A stretch of 124,000 bases of DNA from Hyalangium minutum (GTDB lineage Bacteria > Myxococcota > Myxococcia > Myxococcales > Myxococcaceae), in the NCBI RefSeq assembly GCF_000737315.1, contig NZ_JMCB01000008.1, forward strand, positions 20,001 to 144,000, written 5' to 3'. The translations under genes and the position numbers were made by a program. The notes below the pieces were generated by a model. The model ran no database searches and had not been told where the DNA came from. It worked only from the letters and a program-made list of their open reading frames with translations. Within the stretch, counting starts at the first letter, position 1; each line of letters begins with the position of its first letter. Positions 52,323 through 63,658 of the stretch are shown piece after piece.

Positions 52323-52973
52323 CTACCCTTTCGTCCCGAAGCCAGCGGCCTTGAGGGCCGCTTCGGTGAGCCCACTGGTGGGGCTCTGGCGCAGCGAGAA
52401 CAGCCGCGCCACGTACTTGCCGATCATGTCCGCTTCCAGGTTCACGCGCGAGCCCACGCTCTTGCCCTGCAGGGTGGTGCGCGCCTGGGTCTCGGGGATG
52501 AGCTGCACGGTGAAGCGGTCCGCGAGCACCGCGTTGACGGTGAGGCTGATGCCATCCACGGCCACCGAGCCCTTCTCGATGAAGAAGGGCGCCAGCTCGG
52601 TGGGCAGCCGGAAGGCCATGACCCACGAGCCGCCCTCGGGGCGCGTCTCGAGCACCTCGCTCACGGCGTCCACGTGGCCGGAGACCAGGTGCCCGCCCAG
52701 CCGATCTCCCAGCGCCAGCGCGCGCTCCAGGTTCACCTTGGAGCCGGGGCGCAGCGCGTCCATGGTGGTGCGCCGCAGTGTCTCGGGGGCGGCCTGGACC
52801 TTGAAGGTATCCCCACCCCGCTCCACCACCGTGAGGCATGCGCCATCCACGGAGATGGACTCGCCCAGAGCGAAGCTGCCGGCCCCGAGCGCCGTGCGGA
52901 TCCACAGGTCGGTCATCCCACCTGGGACGACACGCTCAACCACACCCACATCCTGAACGAGACCGGTGAACAT
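52323..52973 (-). CDS. ribE: Riboflavin synthase alpha chain
   Basis: [35 protein letters not shown]. Confidence 0.96.
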   Translation of the reverse strand: MFTGLVQDVGVVERVVPGGMTDLWIRTALGAGSFALGESISVDGACLTVVERGGDTFKVQAAPETLRRTTMDALRPGSKVNLERALALGDRLGGHLVSGHVDAVSEVLETRPEGGSWVMAFRLPTELAPFFIEKGSVAVDGISLTVNAVLADRFTVQLIPETQARTTLQGKSVGSRVNLEADMIGKYVARLFSLRQSPTSGLTEAALKAAGFGTKG

Positions 52974-52996
52974 CGGCGGGGCTTATAACGAATTCT

Positions 52997-54160
52997 TCAG
53001 AACCGCGCCTGAAGGAGCAGATCCTCTCCGAGCTGCTCGAAGGTGACGTCCTTCAACTGAAGGGCCTGGGACATGAGCTTCACGCCCAGCTCGCCCGACC
53101 AGGAGATGCCCTGGCTGCCAATCAGCTTGGGGGCCAGAAACAGGGCCAGCTCGTCCGCCAGCTTGTCGCGGAGGAAGGAGCCGTACATCTCCGCCCCACC
53201 CTCCACGAGCACGTGGTTGAGCCCTTGGCTGGAGATGTGGGCCAGCAAGGCCTTCAGGTCCACGCGACCGCGCTTCTCGCGCACCTGCCACACCTCCACG
53301 CCCTGCTCGATGAAGCGGCGGGCGTTGCGGCCGGTGGGATCCTCCAGCGTGGCCACCACGGTCTTCGCGGACGAGCGCTGGGTGAAGACGGTGTGCGAGG
53401 GCTTCAGGCTCAGCCGCGAGTCCACCACCACGCGCACCGGGTCCTTGCCACGGCCACTCGGCAGCCGGGTGGTGAGCTGCGGATCATCCTTCCGCACGGT
53501 ATTGGCGCCCACGAGGATGACGTCCACGCGATCGCGCAGGCGGTGGACCCATTCGCGCGCCACCGCGCCCGTCACCCAGCGCGAGTCGCCAGTAGCGGTC
53601 GCCAGCTTGCCATCGAGCGTCACCGCGGCCTTGAGCGTGACATAGGGCTTCCGGGTGCGGATGGCCTTGAAGAAGGGCCGGTTGAGGCGATCGGCTTCGG
53701 CCTTGAGGACGCCGGTGCGGACCTCGACCCCGGCGCGCCGCAGCCGGGCCACGCCCTTGCCGCTCACCAGCGGGTTGGGATCCGAGGACGCGCTGATGAC
53801 CCGGCGCACACCGGCCTCGAGGATGGCCAAGGTGCACGGAGGAGTACGCCCATAGTGGTTGCACGGCTCGAGCGTCGTGTAGAGGTCCGCGCCTCGGGCC
53901 CGAGGCCCTGCCGCAGCCAGTGCCATGACCTCGGCGTGCGCCTGGCCCGCGGGCTGGGTGTAGCCCTTCGCGATAATCCGTCCACCCTTCACCAGCACGG
54001 CGCCCACGGAGGGATTCGGGCTGGTACGGCCCAAGCCTTTGACGGCCTCTTCCAGGGCGATGCGCATGAAGAACTCGGCCACGGCCTGATCGAAGTCCGC
54101 GGCGCGCTTCGCCCGAGGGGCCCTGCTGGCCTTCAGCCGTGCCCGCGTCAGGAGCCTCAT
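52997..54160 (-). CDS. ribD: Riboflavin biosynthesis deaminase/reductase
   Basis: [30 protein letters not shown]. Confidence 0.96.
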   Translation of the reverse strand: MRLLTRARLKASRAPRAKRAADFDQAVAEFFMRIALEEAVKGLGRTSPNPSVGAVLVKGGRIIAKGYTQPAGQAHAEVMALAAAGPRARGADLYTTLEPCNHYGRTPPCTLAILEAGVRRVISASSDPNPLVSGKGVARLRRAGVEVRTGVLKAEADRLNRPFFKAIRTRKPYVTLKAAVTLDGKLATATGDSRWVTGAVAREWVHRLRDRVDVILVGANTVRKDDPQLTTRLPSGRGKDPVRVVVDSRLSLKPSHTVFTQRSSAKTVVATLEDPTGRNARRFIEQGVEVWQVREKRGRVDLKALLAHISSQGLNHVLVEGGAEMYGSFLRDKLADELALFLAPKLIGSQGISWSGELGVKLMSQALQLKDVTFEQLGEDLLLQARF

Positions 54161-54663
54161 AACGGCTGGCCCCCCTTGCCGGTCTGGGGCTTGTTGGGCC
54201 GGCCTTCCTTGGACTGGTCCGCGAGCTCTTGCAGCTCGTTCATGAACTCGGCGATGTCGCGGAAGCTCCGGTACACGGAGGCAAAGCGCACATAGGCGAC
54301 CTCATCCAGGACGCGCAGCCGCCGCATCACCTCTTCACCGATGACGCTGGAGGCGACCTCCTTCTCGCCCATGCCCTGCAGCAGCCGCTCGATGTCCTCC
54401 ACGGTCTGCTCGACCTGATCGGCGGACACGGGCCGCTTCTCGCAGGCCTTCTTCAGGCCGTTGACGATCTTCTCCCGATCGAACGCCTCGCGCCGGCCGT
54501 CCTTCTTCACGATGAGCGGATAGAGCTCCTCCACCCGCTCGTACGTGGTGAAGCGCCGCTTGCACTGCAAGCACTCACGGCGCCGGCGGATCACCGATCC
54601 TTCATGCGACTCGCGCGAGTCGATGACCTTGTTCTCGGTGTCCTGGCAGAAGGGGCAGCGCAT
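54157..54663 (-). CDS. nrdR: Transcriptional repressor NrdR
   Basis: [25 protein letters not shown] cone, [10 protein letters not shown]. Confidence 0.98.
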   Translation of the reverse strand: MRCPFCQDTENKVIDSRESHEGSVIRRRRECLQCKRRFTTYERVEELYPLIVKKDGRREAFDREKIVNGLKKACEKRPVSADQVEQTVEDIERLLQGMGEKEVASSVIGEEVMRRLRVLDEVAYVRFASVYRSFRDIAEFMNELQELADQSKEGRPNKPQTGKGGQPL

Positions 54664-54688
54664 CGGGGGATGAAGCGGAGCTCAGACC

Positions 54689-55945
54689 TTACTTCAACCG
54701 CGAGGCATACAGCGGGAAGGACTTCGTCAGCTCCTTCACCTTGCCACGGACGTGCGCCAGGTGAGCCTCGTCGGAAGCGTGATCCAGCGCCTCGCCGATG
54801 AGCTGGCCGACGATGGCCATCTCGGCCTCCTTCATGCCGCGGGTGGTAATGGCGGGGGTGCCCACGCGGACGCCGGAGGCCACCGTGGGCTTCTCCGGGT
54901 CGAAGGGGATCATGTTCTTGTTCACGGTGATGCCGGCCTTGTCCAGCACCTCCTCGGCCACCTTGCCGGTGATCTTCTTGGGGCGCAGGTCCACCAGCAT
55001 GAGGTGGTTGTCCGTGCCACCCGAGCACAGGCGCAGGCCCGCCTTCTGGAGCGCCTCGGCCAGGGCCTTGGCGTTGGCGACGATCTGCCGCTGGTAGGCC
55101 TTGAACTCGGGGGTGAGCGCCTCGCGGAAGGCCACGGCCTTGGCGGCGATGACGTGCATCAGCGGACCGCCCTGGATGCCCGGGAAGATCTGGCTGTTGA
55201 CCGTCTTGGCGTACTGCTCCTTGCACAAGATGAGGCCGCCACGAGGGCCGCGCAGCGTCTTGTGCGTGGTGGAGGTGACGAACTCCGCCAGGGGCACCGG
55301 CGAGGGGTGAATGCCTGCGGCCACCAGGCCGGCGATGTGGGCCATGTCCACCATCATCGCGGCGCCCACGCTGTCGGCGATCTCGCGGAACTTGGCGAAG
55401 TCGAGGGTGCGCGGGTACGCGCTGGCGCCTACGACGATGACGCGCGGCTTGTGCTCCTGGGCCAGCGAGGCCACCTGGGCGAAGTCGATCGTCTCCGTGT
55501 CGCGGGTGAGCCCGTAGTGGACCACCTTGTAGAGCTTGCCGGAGAAGTTGAAGGCAGCGCCGTGGGTGAGGTGGCCGCCGGAGTTCAGGTCCAGCGACAG
55601 CATGGTGTCACCGGGCTTCATCAGCGCCATGTAGGCGCCCATGTTGGCCTGGCTGCCGGAGTGGGGCTGGACGTTGGCGGCCTCGGCGCCGAACAGCTCC
55701 TTGACGCGGTTGATGGCCAGGTTCTCGGCCACATCCACCACCTCGCAGCCGCCGTAGTAGCGCTTGCCCGGGTAGCCCTCGGCGTACTTGTTGGTGAGCA
55801 CCGAGCCCACGGCCGTCATCACCGCCGGGCTGACGAAGTTCTCCGAGGCGATGAGCTCCAGTCCCTGCTCCTGGCGCTCCGTCTCCTGACGGACGACCTG
55901 GGCGATCTCGGGATCAACCTCTGCCAGCGTACGGGTGTTCTCCAT
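54689..55945 (-). CDS. glyA: Serine hydroxymethyltransferase
   Basis: [25 protein letters not shown]. Confidence 0.98.
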   Translation of the reverse strand: MENTRTLAEVDPEIAQVVRQETERQEQGLELIASENFVSPAVMTAVGSVLTNKYAEGYPGKRYYGGCEVVDVAENLAINRVKELFGAEAANVQPHSGSQANMGAYMALMKPGDTMLSLDLNSGGHLTHGAAFNFSGKLYKVVHYGLTRDTETIDFAQVASLAQEHKPRVIVVGASAYPRTLDFAKFREIADSVGAAMMVDMAHIAGLVAAGIHPSPVPLAEFVTSTTHKTLRGPRGGLILCKEQYAKTVNSQIFPGIQGGPLMHVIAAKAVAFREALTPEFKAYQRQIVANAKALAEALQKAGLRLCSGGTDNHLMLVDLRPKKITGKVAEEVLDKAGITVNKNMIPFDPEKPTVASGVRVGTPAITTRGMKEAEMAIVGQLIGEALDHASDEAHLAHVRGKVKELTKSFPLYASRLK

Positions 55946-55980
55946 GGGGTGCCTCGACAGGTGAGAGGTTCAGATGGGCC

Positions 55981-56424
55981 TTAGCGCTCGGACTCAGCCT
56001 CGCGGATCTTCTGGACGCGCTGCTCGTGCCGGCCGCCCGCGAAGGGGGTGGCCAGGAAGGCCTCGAGGATGGCCTGGGCAACACCGGAGCCCACCACCCG
56101 CTGCCCCAGGCACAGCACGTTGGCGTCATTGTGAGCGCGGGCCATCCGCGCCTCATACTCGGTGGTGCACAGGGCGGCGCGCACGCCCTTGTACTTGTTG
56201 GCCACGATGCTCATGCCGATGCCCGTGCCGCACACCAGCACGCCGTGGGTGTACTGCCCGGCGGCGACTGCGCGAGCCACCCGGGTGGCGAAGTCCGGGT
56301 AGTCCACGGACTCGCGTGAGGTGGGGCCCACGTCCTCGAAGGCAACACCGCGCTCCCGGAGCCCGTCCACCAGCGCCTGGCGGAGCTCGAGCCCCGCGTG
56401 GTCGGATGCCAGGATGATCTTCAC
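55981..56424 (-). CDS. rpiB: Ribose-5-phosphate isomerase B
   Basis: SDHAG, VDYPD, CGTGIG, HNDAN, GGRH. Confidence 0.96.
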   Translation of the reverse strand: MKIILASDHAGLELRQALVDGLRERGVAFEDVGPTSRESVDYPDFATRVARAVAAGQYTHGVLVCGTGIGMSIVANKYKGVRAALCTTEYEARMARAHNDANVLCLGQRVVGSGVAQAILEAFLATPFAGGRHEQRVQKIREAESER

Positions 56425-56454
56425 GCGGGGCTCCTCCCTGGGGAGCGGAACGCT

Positions 56455-57711
56455 CTACTTGAAGCGCCGGAACAGCAGCACCGCGTTGGTGCCACCGAAG
56501 CCGAACGAGTTGCTCATGGCCGCATCGACCCGGATCTCGCGCGGCTGGTTCGGCACGTAGTCCAGATCGCACTCCGGGTCAGGCGTGGTGTAGTTGATGG
56601 TCGGGGGCAGCACGCCGCGCAGCAGGGCCAGCACACTGACGACGGCCTCGGCGCCACCGGCCGCGCCGAGCATGTGCCCAGTCATCGACTTGGTGGAGGA
56701 CACGGCCACCTTCTTGGCGTGCGCGCCAAAGACGGCCTTGATGGCCTTGGACTCGTTGGCGTCGTTGTACGGGGTAGAGGTGCCGTGGGCGTTGATGTAG
56801 CCCACCTCCTCCGGGTTGAGCCCCGACGAGGCCAGCGCCAGGCGCATGCAGCGGGCCGCGCCCTCGCCCTCGGGGGCCGGCGCGGTGACGTGGTTGGCGT
56901 CCGAGTTGGCGCCGTAGCCCACCAGCTCCGCGAGGATGGTGGCGCCGCGCTTCTTGGCCGACTCCAGCTCCTCCAGGATGACGATGCCGGCGCCCTCACC
57001 CATCACGAAGCCATCACGGTCCTTGTCGAACGGGCGGCTGGCGGCGGAGGGGTTGTCGTTGTGCGTGGACAGCGCCTTCATCACCGAGAAGCCACCCATG
57101 CCCAGCGGGGTGATGGCGGCCTCGGCGCCACCGGCGATCACCGCGTCACACTCGCCCAGGCGGATGGACTTCCAGGCCTCGCCAATGGCATGGGCGCTGG
57201 TGGCGCAGGCGGACACCGGGGACCAGTTGGGACCCTTGGCGCCGTACCGGATGGAGATCAGCCCGGGCGCCATGTTGATGATCATCTGAATGATGAAGAA
57301 GGGCGACAGCCGGTCAAACCCCTTCTCCAGGCCCTTCTTGTGCTGCTCCTCGAGCGAAGCGATGCCGCCAATGCCCGAACCGACGATGACGCCAACGCGC
57401 TCCTGCTGGTAGCCGTGCGGCTTGTCCGTGCCGATGGGAAGGCCGCTCTCCTTCACGGCCATCTCGGCGGCGGCCACCGCGTACTGGGCGAACAGGTCCA
57501 TCCGGCGCACTTCGCGCTTGTCCATGTACTGCTCGGGGACGAAGTCCTTCACCTCACCCGCGAACCGCGTGTCGAGCTTGCCGACATCGAAGCGGGTGAT
57601 GGGCGCGATGCCCGACTTACCGGCGAGCATCGCCTGCCAGTTCTTCTCGGTCCCGGTACCCAGTGCCGTGATCAACCCGGTACCCGTGACGACGACTCGA
57701 CGGTTTGACAC
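56455..57711 (-). CDS. fabF: 3-oxoacyl-ACP synthase II
   Basis: [26 protein letters not shown]; GTG start inferred. Confidence 0.96.
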   Translation of the reverse strand: MSNRRVVVTGTGLITALGTGTEKNWQAMLAGKSGIAPITRFDVGKLDTRFAGEVKDFVPEQYMDKREVRRMDLFAQYAVAAAEMAVKESGLPIGTDKPHGYQQERVGVIVGSGIGGIASLEEQHKKGLEKGFDRLSPFFIIQMIINMAPGLISIRYGAKGPNWSPVSACATSAHAIGEAWKSIRLGECDAVIAGGAEAAITPLGMGGFSVMKALSTHNDNPSAASRPFDKDRDGFVMGEGAGIVILEELESAKKRGATILAELVGYGANSDANHVTAPAPEGEGAARCMRLALASSGLNPEEVGYINAHGTSTPYNDANESKAIKAVFGAHAKKVAVSSTKSMTGHMLGAAGGAEAVVSVLALLRGVLPPTINYTTPDPECDLDYVPNQPREIRVDAAMSNSFGFGGTNAVLLFRRFK

Positions 57712-57803
57712 GTTCCTCTCCAACAGGGTGGCTGCAACGACAGCGCGCGCGGCCACGGGAACGCTGGAGGCCAGCGTTCCTCCGGCCCGGCCACGCAAAC
57801 GCC

Positions 57804-58055
57804 TTACTTCTTATCGTTCTTGTGGGTGTTGATGTAGTTGACGGCGTCAGCGACGGTCTTGATGTTCTCGGCCTCCTCGTCGGGGATCTCGACCTCGAAC
57901 TCCTCCTCCATCGCCATCACGAGCTCCACGATGTCGAGGCTGTCGGCGCCAAGGTCCTCAATAAAGGAGGACTCGGGCTTGATCTCCTCCTCCCCCACCC
58001 CGAGCTGGTCGGCGATGATGGACTTGACCTTGGACTCGATAGTTGCGTTCGACAT
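57804..58055 (-). CDS. acpP: Acyl carrier protein
   Basis: [12 protein letters not shown]. Confidence 0.97.
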   Translation of the reverse strand: MSNATIESKVKSIIADQLGVGEEEIKPESSFIEDLGADSLDIVELVMAMEEEFEVEIPDEEAENIKTVADAVNYINTHKNDKK

Positions 58056-58160
58056 AAGTGCTGAATCCTCCAGGAACCATGTGGGGGCCCGCCCTACTTC
58101 CCGGGCCCAATCAAAGGCGGGCGCGGTATATCCCACGACCGCCAGCAATCCAACCGTGGG

Positions 58161-58907
58161 CTACATGTACATGCCGCCATTCACCTTCAGGACTTCTCCG
58201 GTGATGTAGGCGGCCGAATCGCTGGCCAGGAATACCACAGCGTTGGCCACCTCTTCCGGGGTGCCCAGACGGGCCAGCGGAATGGTCTCCACCATCTTCT
58301 TACGCATCTCGTCATTGATGCTCGCCGTCATGTCCGTGCCAATGAAGCCCGGAGAGACAGCGTTGACGCGGATGTTGCGGCTGGCCAGTTCCTTGGCCAC
58401 CGACTTGGTCAGGCCAATGAGGCCCGCCTTGGAGGCGGAGTAAGCGGCCTGTCCCCCATTGCCCGACTCGCCGACAATGGAGGTGAGGTTGATGATGGCC
58501 CCGCTGCGCTGCTTCATCATCGGCCGGCTGGCGGCGCGGATGAGCGCAAAGGCGCCCTTGAGGTTGGTGTCCAACTGCTTGTCCCAGTCCTCGTCCTTCA
58601 TCCGCATGACCAGGCCGTCCACGGCCACGCCCGCGTTGTTGACGAGCACGTCCAGCCGGCCGTGCGTCTTGACGAGGGTATCCACGGCGGAGGCGCACGC
58701 GGCGGTGTCCGCCACGTCGAACTTCACGGCCTCGGCCTTGGCGCCCGCCTCCTGGACGAGCTTGACCGACTCCTGAGCCGCCGCCTCGTTGCCGGCATAG
58801 TTGACGACGACCACGGCAGCGCCCGCCTTGGCGAACGCCACCGCGCACGCCCGGCCAATGCCGCGCGAGCCACCGGTTACCAGAACCACCTTGTCCTTGA
58901 AGCTCAT
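58161..58907 (-). CDS. fabG: 3-oxoacyl-ACP reductase
   Basis: TGGSRGIG, NNAG, YSASK. Confidence 0.96.
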   Translation of the reverse strand: MSFKDKVVLVTGGSRGIGRACAVAFAKAGAAVVVVNYAGNEAAAQESVKLVQEAGAKAEAVKFDVADTAACASAVDTLVKTHGRLDVLVNNAGVAVDGLVMRMKDEDWDKQLDTNLKGAFALIRAASRPMMKQRSGAIINLTSIVGESGNGGQAAYSASKAGLIGLTKSVAKELASRNIRVNAVSPGFIGTDMTASINDEMRKKMVETIPLARLGTPEEVANAVVFLASDSAAYITGEVLKVNGGMYM

Positions 58908-59842
58908 GCTGCCCCCAGCGCCGCCAGCGTCTTCTCGAGGCTCGCGGCGTCTTCGACGTTGAACGTCTCGATGTCCTTGCTGATGCGCTTGACGAGCCCG
59001 GCCAGCACCTTGCCCGGCCCCAGCTCCACCACGCGCGTCACTCCTGCGGCCTTGAGGGCCTCCACGCACTCGATCCAGCGGACCGGCGCGCTGACCTGCT
59101 CCAGCAGCAGCGGCACCACGCGGGCGGCGTCGCTGTTGGGCTGGGCCTCCACGTTGGTCACCACAGGAATGCGAGGCGCGGCCACCTTCACCTTGCCGAG
59201 CGCCTCGGCCAGCAGGGGTTTCACCGAATCCATCAGCGCGCAGTGGAAAGGCGCGGACACCGGCAGGGGCATCACGCGCTTGGCGCCCGCCTCCTTGAGC
59301 ATGACTGAGGCGCGGGACACCGCAGAAGCATGGCCGGCGATGACCGTCTGCTCGGGCGAGTTGTAGTTGGCAGGAGCCACCACCTCGCCCTGCGCCGCCG
59401 CATCACAGGCCGCCTTCACCTTGTCCGGCTCCAGGCCCAGCACGGCCGCCATGGCGCCGACACCTGAAGGCACGGCCTCCTGCATGAAGGTGCCACGGGC
59501 ACGAACGGCCCGGACGGCATCCGCCAGCGGCAGCGAGCTCGCGGCCACCAGCGCCGAGTACTCCCCGAGCGAGTGCCCGGCGACGAAGGCGGGCTCCTGC
59601 ACGCGCTTGGAGAACACCGCATGCACGGCCAGAGACACGGTGAGGATCGCCGGCTGGGTGTTGGCGGTGAGCTTCAGCGCCTCCTCGGGCCCCTCGAAGC
59701 ACAGGGTGGACAGCTTCTCACGCAGCGCATCGTCCACAGCCTCGAAGACAGCGCGGGCCTCGGGGAACTTCTCGAGCAGGTCCTTCCCCATGCCCACCTT
59801 CTGGCTGCCCTGGCCGGGGAAGACGAAAGCAATCTTCGACAT
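58904..59842 (-). CDS. fabD: Malonyl-CoA:ACP transacylase
   Basis: FPGQGSQ, GHSLGE, VSAPFH. Confidence 0.97.
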   Translation of the reverse strand: MSKIAFVFPGQGSQKVGMGKDLLEKFPEARAVFEAVDDALREKLSTLCFEGPEEALKLTANTQPAILTVSLAVHAVFSKRVQEPAFVAGHSLGEYSALVAASSLPLADAVRAVRARGTFMQEAVPSGVGAMAAVLGLEPDKVKAACDAAAQGEVVAPANYNSPEQTVIAGHASAVSRASVMLKEAGAKRVMPLPVSAPFHCALMDSVKPLLAEALGKVKVAAPRIPVVTNVEAQPNSDAARVVPLLLEQVSAPVRWIECVEALKAAGVTRVVELGPGKVLAGLVKRISKDIETFNVEDAASLEKTLAALGAA

Positions 59843-59874
59843 GTGTCCTCAAACCCTCCCTGACTGCTCTGGGG

Positions 59875-60858
59875 TCACCAGCGCACGACGGCGCTGCCCC
59901 ATGCCATCCCCGCTCCCACCGCCATGATGGCGACGAGGTCCCCGCGCTTGATCTTTCCAGCACGGACGGCCTCATCCAATGCAATGGGCACCGAGGCGGC
60001 GGACGTGTTGCCGTATTTATCGAGGTTGATCCAGCACTTCTCGATCGGGATCTCGATGCGCTGGAGCACCGCCTCGAGGATGCGCATGTTGGCCTGGTGG
60101 ACGATGACGTAATCCACCTGCTGGGGCGTGTAGCCGTGAACCTTGAGCGACTCCAGCGTGATGCCTGTCAGCTCACGCACGGCGCACTTGAAGACCTCGC
60201 GGCCGTTCATGACCACCTTGTGGCGCTGCTCGCGGAGGTTGTCCTCGGTCAGCGGCTCTCGGGAGCCGCCCGCGGGGACGGTGAGGATCTCCGCCAGCGT
60301 GCCGTCCGTGCGCAGGTGGGTGGAGAGGATGCCGCGCCCCTCCTCCTGGGCAGGCGCCAGGACCATGGCCCCGGCCCCGTCGCCAAAGAGGACACAGGTG
60401 TTGCGGTCCTTCCAGTTGAGCAGGCCGGTGAACAGGTCCGCGCCGATCACGAGCGCCCGCTTCGCCTGCCCCGAGCGGACGAACTGCTCCGCCACCGACA
60501 GGGCGTACACCGAGCCCGCGCACGCGGCGGCCACATCGAAGGCAAACGCCTTCTTGGCCCCCAGCTTCGCCTGAACGAGCACCGCGCAGGACGGCATGGG
60601 CATGTCTGGCGTGATGGTCCCCACCACGATCAGATCGATGTCCTCGGGGGCGACCCCGGCCATCTCCAGCGCCTTGCGAGCGGCAGCGACGGCCATGTCG
60701 CTTGTCGCCTCGCCGGGTGCGGCTCTGCGACGCTCCTTGATGCCCGTCCGCTCGGTAATCCAAGCGTCGGACGTATCGACGACCTTCTCGAGATCGTGAT
60801 TGGTAATGACCTGGGCTGGAGCGTAGGAACCCGTTCCGATGATCTGCGCGAGGGGCAC
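59875..60858 (-). CDS. fabH: 3-oxoacyl-ACP synthase III
   Basis: AACAG, HQAN, GNTSAAS. Confidence 0.96.
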   Translation of the reverse strand: MPLAQIIGTGSYAPAQVITNHDLEKVVDTSDAWITERTGIKERRRAAPGEATSDMAVAAARKALEMAGVAPEDIDLIVVGTITPDMPMPSCAVLVQAKLGAKKAFAFDVAAACAGSVYALSVAEQFVRSGQAKRALVIGADLFTGLLNWKDRNTCVLFGDGAGAMVLAPAQEEGRGILSTHLRTDGTLAEILTVPAGGSREPLTEDNLREQRHKVVMNGREVFKCAVRELTGITLESLKVHGYTPQQVDYVIVHQANMRILEAVLQRIEIPIEKCWINLDKYGNTSAASVPIALDEAVRAGKIKRGDLVAIMAVGAGMAWGSAVVRW

Positions 60859-61183
60859 GTGGTACTCCCGAAGTGTCGTCGGAACACAACGCCGAGCGCG
60901 GCGTCTCTAATCGGAAATACCGCCCACTGTCGCTCTTTTTCCTATCTGGTCAGCGGGCGGCCGAGCAGCGCCCGGCAACGTAGCGAGCCTCCCTGACACC
61001 CGGCGGCGCGCCCCAGAGTGGGCACACCCGACGGACTTCACGGGAGGACATAGCCATGCCCGGACGCCGCGAGCGTTGCGCGGCGCGGCGCGGCGCGGCG
61101 AGCAGACCTCAGGATAAACGGGCAGCGTTCCTGGGCGGGCTCGAGGCCCGCCCAGGCGAGGAGGAGCCTGGAAGGCGCCTCAC

Positions 61184-61366
61184 CTACTCCGTGGCGATGA
61201 CTTCACGGCCACCATAGTTACCGCAGGCGGCGCAGGCGCGGTGCGGCAGCACCGGCTCCTTGCACTTGGCGCACTTGATGACCTGCACGGCGGAGCGCAG
61301 GTTGTTGTTGGCCGCGCGACGGCGATCCCGGCGCATCTTCGACGTCCGCTTCTTGGGAACTCCCAC
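61184..61366 (-). CDS. rpmF: 50S ribosomal protein L32
   Basis: GVPKKRTSK, CAKC...PHRACAACG. Confidence 0.97.
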   Translation of the reverse strand: MGVPKKRTSKMRRDRRRAANNNLRSAVQVIKCAKCKEPVLPHRACAACGNYGGREVIATE

Positions 61367-61375
61367 GACTCACCT

Positions 61376-61966
61376 CTAGTTCAGCTTGATGTTCATGAGC
61401 GGCGCGAGCCGAGGGTCGATGACCTTCGTCTCGCAACCACACTGCTTCTCGTTGAGGTTCTGGCCACACTGCGCGCAGAGCCCCTTGCAGTCCTCACGGC
61501 AGACTGCGTTCATCGGGAGGGCGAGCAATACCTGCTCTCGGATGATCGGATCCAGATCGATCGTCTTGCCGTCGAACACTTCCTCGTCGGCATCCTCCAA
61601 CTCAAAGGAACCGGCCGTCTCCCCCTGCCCGCGATCATCGTCCGTCGCCTTCTCGCCCCCCACGTCATCACCCCGGACGAGCGACTCAGGGACCAGGTTG
61701 ATCGTGAAGGCCACGGGCAGGTCCAGCGTCACGTCCACGAGGCAGCGCTTGCACGGCGCGGCCATATGGGCCGTGAACTTCCCCTCCACCAGCACTCCGC
61801 CGCTCACCTTCCGCAAGGACGCATGAAGCGTCGAGGGACGGGTCGCCCGGAAGCCGGTGTCCCGGCCAGCCCCTGCCCCAGTGAGTACCTCCTGGAGCAG
61901 CTCGAGACCGATGGGCTCATCCAGCTTGAGCCCCGGCTCTTGAATTTGTTCAATCTTTACGAGCAT
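61376..61966 (-). CDS. yceD: YceD/DUF177 family protein
   Basis: PCKRCL, C.EDCKGLC..CG.NLN, DPRLA; upstream of rpmF. Confidence 0.93.
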   Translation of the reverse strand: MLVKIEQIQEPGLKLDEPIGLELLQEVLTGAGAGRDTGFRATRPSTLHASLRKVSGGVLVEGKFTAHMAAPCKRCLVDVTLDLPVAFTINLVPESLVRGDDVGGEKATDDDRGQGETAGSFELEDADEEVFDGKTIDLDPIIREQVLLALPMNAVCREDCKGLCAQCGQNLNEKQCGCETKVIDPRLAPLMNIKLN

Positions 61967-62129
61967 CTACAAGGCGTCCAGACAAAAGGGCGCGCAACAT
62001 AGAGGGGCACCCCCCAAAAGTCAACGCGCCTCCGTTGATGAAAAAACACGGTGGATTTCACCCGGCCGTGACCCGGCCCTGGGCACCTTCCGTGGATCCT
62101 CCTAATAACGCTCTGGTACCGTCCATGTA

Positions 62130-63047
62130 ATGCACGGTTGGCGACTGCGTGTTGGGGTGAGCATCTTGGTCGGCGGGCTCCTGAGCCCTGCCCTGGTCTC
62201 GGCTCGGCCGGCCTTCCCCTCGCCCCTCCTCTTCCAGCTGGGGCCCACGAATCCGGAGATCACCCGCGCCCAGGAGCAGATCGAGCAAGGGGACTTCGAG
62301 GACGCCGTGAAGACCCTGCAGGCGGGCCTGGACAAGCCGGACGTCACGGATGACCAGCTCGTGGAGCTCTACCGCCTGCTCGGGCTGGCCTCGCTCTACC
62401 TGGGCGACGAGGCGCGGGCCCGCGAGGCCTATGAGCGCCTGCTCCAGGCCCGGCCGGACTTCGAGCTGTCTCGCAACGCGCCGCCCAAGCTGCGCAACCT
62501 CTACGCGCGCATCAAGGAGGACATCAAGAGCCGGCGCGTCCGCCCCGTGACGCTCACGGTGGACCCCATCCCGGATCCCCAGGGCGGTGAGCCGGTGACG
62601 GTGGACGCGCGCATCCAGGACATGGCCCTGGGCGCCAAGGCGAAGATCTTCTACCGGCGCGCCGGCGACCAGGCCTTCAACTCCGTGGACTTCATCCGCG
62701 ACCGCTCCACCTCTAATAAGGAGAAGGAGCGCTACCGCGCCACCCTGCCCGCCTACGAGCTCCCCGCCGAGGCCACCGCCTACGAGGTGGAGTACTACTT
62801 CGAGGTGGCGGACGCGGCGCAGCGGCGGCTGGCGGGCCGGGGCGACTCCTTCCACCCGCTCGTGTTCCAGGTCCTGCCCCAGCAGGCGGGCCAACCCGCA
62901 GCGACTGCCTCCCGCCCTTGGTACAAGAGCCCCTGGCTCTGGGTCGCCGTGGGCGCAGTGGCCGTCGGAGGCACCGCCGCGGGTGTCGCCATCGCCACCT
63001 CCGAGGAGCGCGGCCGCGTCCCCGTCACCATCCGCGTCAATCCATGA
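62130..63047 (+). CDS. Exported TPR protein with C-terminal membrane anchor
   Basis: Signal peptide, TPR, PWYKSPWLW followed by a TM. Confidence 0.75.
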   Translation: MHGWRLRVGVSILVGGLLSPALVSARPAFPSPLLFQLGPTNPEITRAQEQIEQGDFEDAVKTLQAGLDKPDVTDDQLVELYRLLGLASLYLGDEARAREAYERLLQARPDFELSRNAPPKLRNLYARIKEDIKSRRVRPVTLTVDPIPDPQGGEPVTVDARIQDMALGAKAKIFYRRAGDQAFNSVDFIRDRSTSNKEKERYRATLPAYELPAEATAYEVEYYFEVADAAQRRLAGRGDSFHPLVFQVLPQQAGQPAATASRPWYKSPWLWVAVGAVAVGGTAAGVAIATSEERGRVPVTIRVNP

Positions 63048-63550
63048 GCCCGCGTCCTCTTCCGCTTGCTTTGCTGCTCCTCCCGCTCGCCGCTGGCTGT
63101 GGCGAGGACTTCCACCCTGGCACAGCCCGCTTCGGGGTAGACCTCCTCGTGGACAAGGCCGTCGCGAGCCAGCTCTCCGCCTTTCAGATCGCGGTCCTTC
63201 CCAATGGGAAGCAGCGCAACTGCACGGACCTCCAGAGGATGTGCCTGCGCTCGCAGGTGAAGATCGACGAGCTGCTGGTGCTGCACGACGGCAAGGGCGC
63301 CGAGGGCCGCGCCCTCCGCTTCCCGGTGAACCTGACCGGCACCGGCGGCACCACGCAAGACGTCAGCGTGGAGGTGCCCGTGGGCCGCGACTACGCGCTC
63401 GTCATCGAGGCGCTGTCCGTGGACAACCCTCCTCAGTTCCTGGGCAGCTCCTGCAACCGCCTACCGGAGGTCAACGCGAGCCGGAACGATCCGATCCTCG
63501 CCGAGCCCATCACCCTGACCTCCGTGGCGTGCGATCCCACCATCCCCTGA
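63044..63550 (+). CDS. Hypothetical lipoprotein
   Basis: LLPLAAGC lipobox; ATGA overlap with the upstream gene. Confidence 0.7.
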   Translation: MSPRPLPLALLLLPLAAGCGEDFHPGTARFGVDLLVDKAVASQLSAFQIAVLPNGKQRNCTDLQRMCLRSQVKIDELLVLHDGKGAEGRALRFPVNLTGTGGTTQDVSVEVPVGRDYALVIEALSVDNPPQFLGSSCNRLPEVNASRNDPILAEPITLTSVACDPTIP

Positions 63551-63615
63551 GCCGGGGCCCCGTGCCTGGCCGCCTCCCCGGGGTGCGGCGAGTCTGAACC
63601 AGACACTCTGTGTGG

Positions 63616-63634
63616 GTTTCACATCGCTGTCACA
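63616..63634 (+). promoter_or_regulatory. Pho box-like site upstream of phoP/phoR
   Basis: TTCAC (63618) and GTCAC (63629) at 11-bp spacing. Confidence 0.6.
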
Positions 63635-63658
63635 ATGGGATCTGCTAGTGCTAGGGGC

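Noticed and set aside
61056-61217. 53-codon + strand ORF with a GGAGG SD and (GCGGC)x4 at 61080-61099
   Set aside because: Low-complexity, overlaps rpmF antisense, no recognisable motif; the short repeat is expected at this GC content
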